A stretch of 64,000 nt of DNA from contig JAYWIR010000084.1 of NCBI GenBank assembly GCA_036172245.1, forward strand, positions 186,001 to 250,000. Direction: 5' to 3'. The position numbers and the translations under genes were made by a program. The notes beneath the pieces are model-generated. The model did no database searches. It had not been told where the DNA came from and saw nothing but the letters and a program-made list of their open reading frames with translations. Below, in pieces: positions 59,436 to 64,000 of the stretch. Within the stretch, counting starts at the first letter, position 1, and the number at the start of each line of letters is the position of its first letter. Source of the DNA: Raillietiella orientalis. Its lineage: Eukaryota.

Positions 59436-61449
59436 AACAACAGAATTTCCGCACACCTTAAAAATAAAGCTGCGTTTGTAGCACTGTGCCTAATAAGAGT
59501 TATGTTTCGCCCAAGCTGCCGCAGATGGAGTGACCATCTGCGCGATCCAGATCTTCGCTTTGAGCGCGCAGGAGTGTGTGGGTTCGGCTACCTCCATAGT
59601 CGTGGGCTAAGGGTAAGAGAAGGAAAAAGCCTCTTATTTTCAAACATCCATCGTTGTGTGCATAGGGGGCCTTGCTACTGCACACTGACTAAGAACGCAA
59701 ACACGCAGTAGAAAGTTGTCAAAGGTTGCCATGAGATTGTTTCCATCCCCTTGGGTACACAGAACGATCATCTGATGTTTTTCTGATACATTTGGGCATT
59801 TGGCATGGCTTCACCATTCGAGCAATCTGAAAATACAAACGGAGCTCGGAATTTGAATGTTCTCACAGAGCACATGGTCAGAGTCACAACGCGGCGGTGT
59901 TTCAGGGATAGGCAGAACAAAAACAGTATTGCTTTCGGTTCAACGTTAGCTGGAAGTCCGAACTGGATCCGCTAAAGAAACTTTTCGAAGGGATCATTGA
60001 AGTATCTAGATGTTCCCTTAATGCAGTTCTGCATTAACGAAGCCTAGTGCATAAGACACCGCAAAGCAGTTAATGATCAGGTGTTTCTAGAGCACTGGTA
60101 TGCCTCTCCGAACGAGCTACAGAGAGATAGGATACTGACACACGCCTGATGTCGGAAATGCAATCCGTTATAAAAATGAAGACAACATTGATCTCTGTTT
60201 TTGCGTACGGTTGTGAAGGAGACAGAAACCTTTGTAGGTCTTCCGTTTACCCTGTTCTAAAGAAAACTGTAGGTGCAACTTTGGCAGTGTGAAGTCCTTG
60301 CAAACGTCTTTAAGGAGCAAAAGCGCTACTAACTGTGCTGCTCTAGGATGCACATTTGAAGGTAGTGATGATCAGAAGCACGAGAAACGAGGAGACACAT
60401 GGAGAAATTATCCGTTTTCACCAGAAAACAACTGAAGAAAGAAACGCTGAGAGACTAATGAATTCTCATCTAATATAAACTTTTATTCCTAAAACGCGAG
60501 CATAGCGAGCGCATCTTCCAATAAATATGGTTTCGTAGAGAAATAACGCTGCAGCGGAGAATGAAACAAAATCTGTACCACATGATCCAATCTTCTTGCT
60601 ATTTACTGCCAAAGTTGAAGATCTCAAAGTACTTGCAGCCAATAATTTTCTTAATGTTTTGTCAGCGAGGAATGACCTCTTGAGGGACTGCTTTTAGGAT
60701 CCTCACGTGAAAATTTAGGACTCCAAAGTGGTAACAACTTTTGTAGAATGCAGCCGCTTGTGCAGGGCATTCGTTACTTGTGGATCCACTGCAGCTATGC
60801 ACTTTACTTAGTAATAGATATCTTTGCAACTTCAATCCACTTCATCGTTTGAAGTCACTCCCCGTTGTGGCTTAAAAGCTCCCATTCCTTACTCTTTCAT
60901 CATCTGTTGTGTTCCCCAAGGTGCGTGATGAAAATTGGAGCGTCAAAATGGACTAAGAGCGTAGGTAATATTTCGGAGCGCACTATTATGTGTTTACCAA
61001 ATCCATGTAATGACAAAATGGCTCAACTTTGTTTGCACACAACATGTGAAATTTTGCTTTCTCCGCTACTGCATGCTCATCCTCACGTATCCTTCAATTC
61101 CTTTCGTATCCTAAGCAGTTTCGGTAAGAGGAGACTTTAGAGTCTCCGTACTTCATGTGTTTTCCTTGTTGATTCACTTTCAGAATGATTGGTATAACGT
61201 GTCATCCACGTCTCCTCAAGCTCTACCCTGTAATTGTCTACAGAAAGTATAATCAACTTACATACTGAAGCACACTCGTATGCCACTTATTCCCATGGTT
61301 TTGACTAACGCAACGAGTGACCCAGAAGACTACTTTGAAAGCACGTATTAATCACAGCTTAGAAAGTCAGTGTAATGATTCAACTTTAATGGAATGATGA
61401 ATGGGACAAAAACATTTTTGTCCTCAAGGAAATACACTTGTGATAGAAA

Positions 61450-62180
61450 GTGCTGTTTGAACCCAATAAGATGGGAATGACGCTATACTCGTGCTCTAAA
61501 CACAAGGCTGATAGAAAAGGACAGTGTTCAATGGGATCAGAGAGATGTTAAGGTCATCTGAAAGAAACTTTAAGGTGACTTATTGATCGATGGGAAGGCG
61601 ATTTAGATGTTCTGAGGAGGTACGAAAGAGACCTCTTAGTCAGAAATTACTAAAAAGCAGGAGAGCCATCGAGAACATGTCTACAGGTTAACCTGGTTAG
61701 AGACGCAATACCATATATCGGAAATGCTGAAGGATAATGGGACCAAGAGGTATCGATTTGTTTATTTCTACGGTAGCATTTATGCTATTTTGACACCAGA
61801 TGTCAGTGTATGAAAGGAAATACAACCTGCGCAGCATTCATTTCGGATGCATATCAAGTCGCTCGGGCGAATATCTTGAAAATAGCACTACTCCAGCTAC
61901 TGCGAAGACATGAATGCACTTGACTGATTTTGATTCCAATGGAATGGATTCCAAGGATGCATGGTATGTACGCTGCACAGATCGCGAACTTATCAACAGC
62001 AAATGCAAAGCACGCGCTGATCAAGATGAATTTCATACACCGATTCGACGAGCAGAGAACTTAAAGTGGTGCTGCAGAATATTTAAAACGATGATTCCTA
62101 AGACACAGAGAAAGAGCCTAACCGACAGAGAGCGAACTAGACTGGAATCTCAATGAACAGATGAACGTTTGTCATGAGAA
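61450..62180 (+). mobile_element. Possible very old RTE-like LINE 3' remnant, unrelated to the cluster family
   Basis: Weak hints only: LLIDGKAI..EHVYRLTWL and IRRAENLKW..MIPK..RERTRL, which resemble the RTE post-RT region. Confidence 0.25.
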
Positions 62181-64000
62181 GGGAAACTCGAACATGCGGT
62201 TTCCGTCTGCAAACAGAATGGTCCTGAACGAACTCGTGGATCCGCTTGTGTGATATATATATTTCTTTGGTGCCTATGTCATGGAACACGAAACTTCTAG
62301 ATCCGTTTTCATTTTATAGTAAACTAGCGGCATTTGTTTGCAATTTCAACAGAACACAGCATTTTCTATCCCTCAATGTAAGGAATATTCATACATATCT
62401 ATATACATCCTCACTCCTCTTTGGATATTCCAAACGCCATTTCAACTGACACTGCTCTTATGGACGTACCGCAGTCAGGATATTCTCCCAGAGCGTAAAA
62501 ACAGATTCCGAAATGTAAAAGCGAAAGCAAGGAGAAACATATCTGATAGAAAAGGACACCAGACAAATGTGAAAGGTTAATCAAGGCATCCCAGGATATG
62601 TCAAGCATGTACTAGGATTGACAGGAATTGAAGTGCCATCAGCGAAAACGACCTTTGCGGAATTTCATATGGCAGTACCATTCTCAAAAGGGAGCATATC
62701 AAAAATGATTTTCGTATTAATGTATCCTGAAACCAAGGGCAGTGATCTAAATGGTGAATAAAGGAAAAAATAGATCGTGTTCTTCTATCATCATAGAATA
62801 AACGATTCGAAGTGCACATTTAAATATACATTCAGATTTAAAAGGATGTACGCAGTGAAGTAAAGAGTTTATTGAAATGAAGACATCATGAGATTCTTCT
62901 TTAGAGTGTGGCGAAGTAGAATTCTGTAGCAAACCCTCTTTTACTTACTAGACTTCCAAGTAAGGTTGAGTGGTTTTTCATGCGAACGACAAGTTTGCAG
63001 TGAAGCAAGTGGAATTAAGAGACGAGAAGACTCTTCCCAACAGGTGTATTGGGAGGGTCTAAAGAGATCTGCTATGTGCATCTGCTTTGTTCTTAATGTA
63101 CCCATTTTTAAATTGCAAAGCATAAAGTTAAGTTATTATCAATTAAGCGTGTTGGGATGGGAAACGAATACATCCTTCAGTTTGAAAACTTATGGAATGT
63201 TAGGAGAGGTGAGTCTCCCCACCATGCGTCTTATACTTACCTATAACGCAGATTCACGCAGAAAATCTCGAGGTGAAATGAAGAAACTCTTTTATCATTC
63301 GCAGATACAAAAAAGCACAAGGAATCTATGAGCTCCTCAATCCTTGACGATGACATTCAGTAAGGTGCCTGCTTGCCAGTAACAAGAAAACGTGGTTGGT
63401 ATTCTTCCAGCATTTGGACCGACGACGAGTCTGAGAAGAAAAAGTATCAGTTTTATCCCTAAACCTTTGAATATCAAGTATCTGGTACTTTTGAAAAGTT
63501 CTTCTATCATGGACCCGTTCTCCGGTTGAAAAAAGTTAAAGAAAAGCCTCAGTTATGAAGCATGCTGTAAATGACACATGCATCAGAAACGAAAAAAAGG
63601 GAAAGTTTAAATACCACGGAACATCCTAACAGAGTTTTTAAAACCTCTCTCATATTCAAAACGAAAATAAAGTCACAAGGTTGCACGATTTAAAAGGCGT
63701 CTAAAATCTGTCAACTTTCACATATCTGCACATTACATATTTCAAAGAACTCCTCAAATTGATTCCATAAAATTACAACGGTTGTGCATCAGCTGAAGGG
63801 ACACATTAAAAAAGATGCTTTCAATAATATTCTTTAAAGCCACAACAAAATTAATAGTTAAGCAAATACTTGAAACGTCATACCTCTGTCTCCTATCAGG
63901 GTAAACGAGGTCACAAGTACCATTGAATGCTGTCAAAACAAAATTAGCCATCATAGGTTCACGACTTTCTTTGACCTAGAATTATCAATAGTTTTCGAAC

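Noticed and set aside
59460..64000. Short ORFs in the right flank as host genes
   Set aside because: All are 121 aa or shorter, with no recognisable domains and no supportable splice model.

Overview
Eukaryotic window, probably from an invertebrate animal, with no recognisable intact host gene. From about 5,740 to 59,435 it is a sharply bounded, GC-richer, ~54-kb block made almost entirely of one L1/Tx1-type non-LTR retrotransposon family. The block holds about 25-30 whole or partial copies from several diverged subfamilies, in both orientations and butted against one another. ORF1 carries two CCHC knuckles. ORF2 carries an APE endonuclease, a YADD reverse transcriptase and a C-terminal CCHC finger. 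No copy is fully intact; the best ORF2 (47698-51261) has two nonsense codons. Comparing copies shows four shared cis features: a 5' GGACGTGTTTT motif, an ORF1/ORF2 junction that is either stop-start or AUG-less, 3' UTR hairpins with compensatory changes, and a terminal AATAAA plus hairpin with no real poly(A). Several ORF1s carry a CxVxL-type (HP1-binding-like) motif. The block also contains a ~10.6-kb tandem duplication, a ~300-bp mitochondrial cox1 NUMT present twice, and a 98-N gap. The AT-richer flanks hold only decayed TE relics, the clearest being a Buster-type hAT transposase. Main hypothesis (inference): a locus-targeting or self-nesting LINE island of the Zepp/ZeppL kind, possibly a centromere. 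Element boundaries were set by eye and are approximate.
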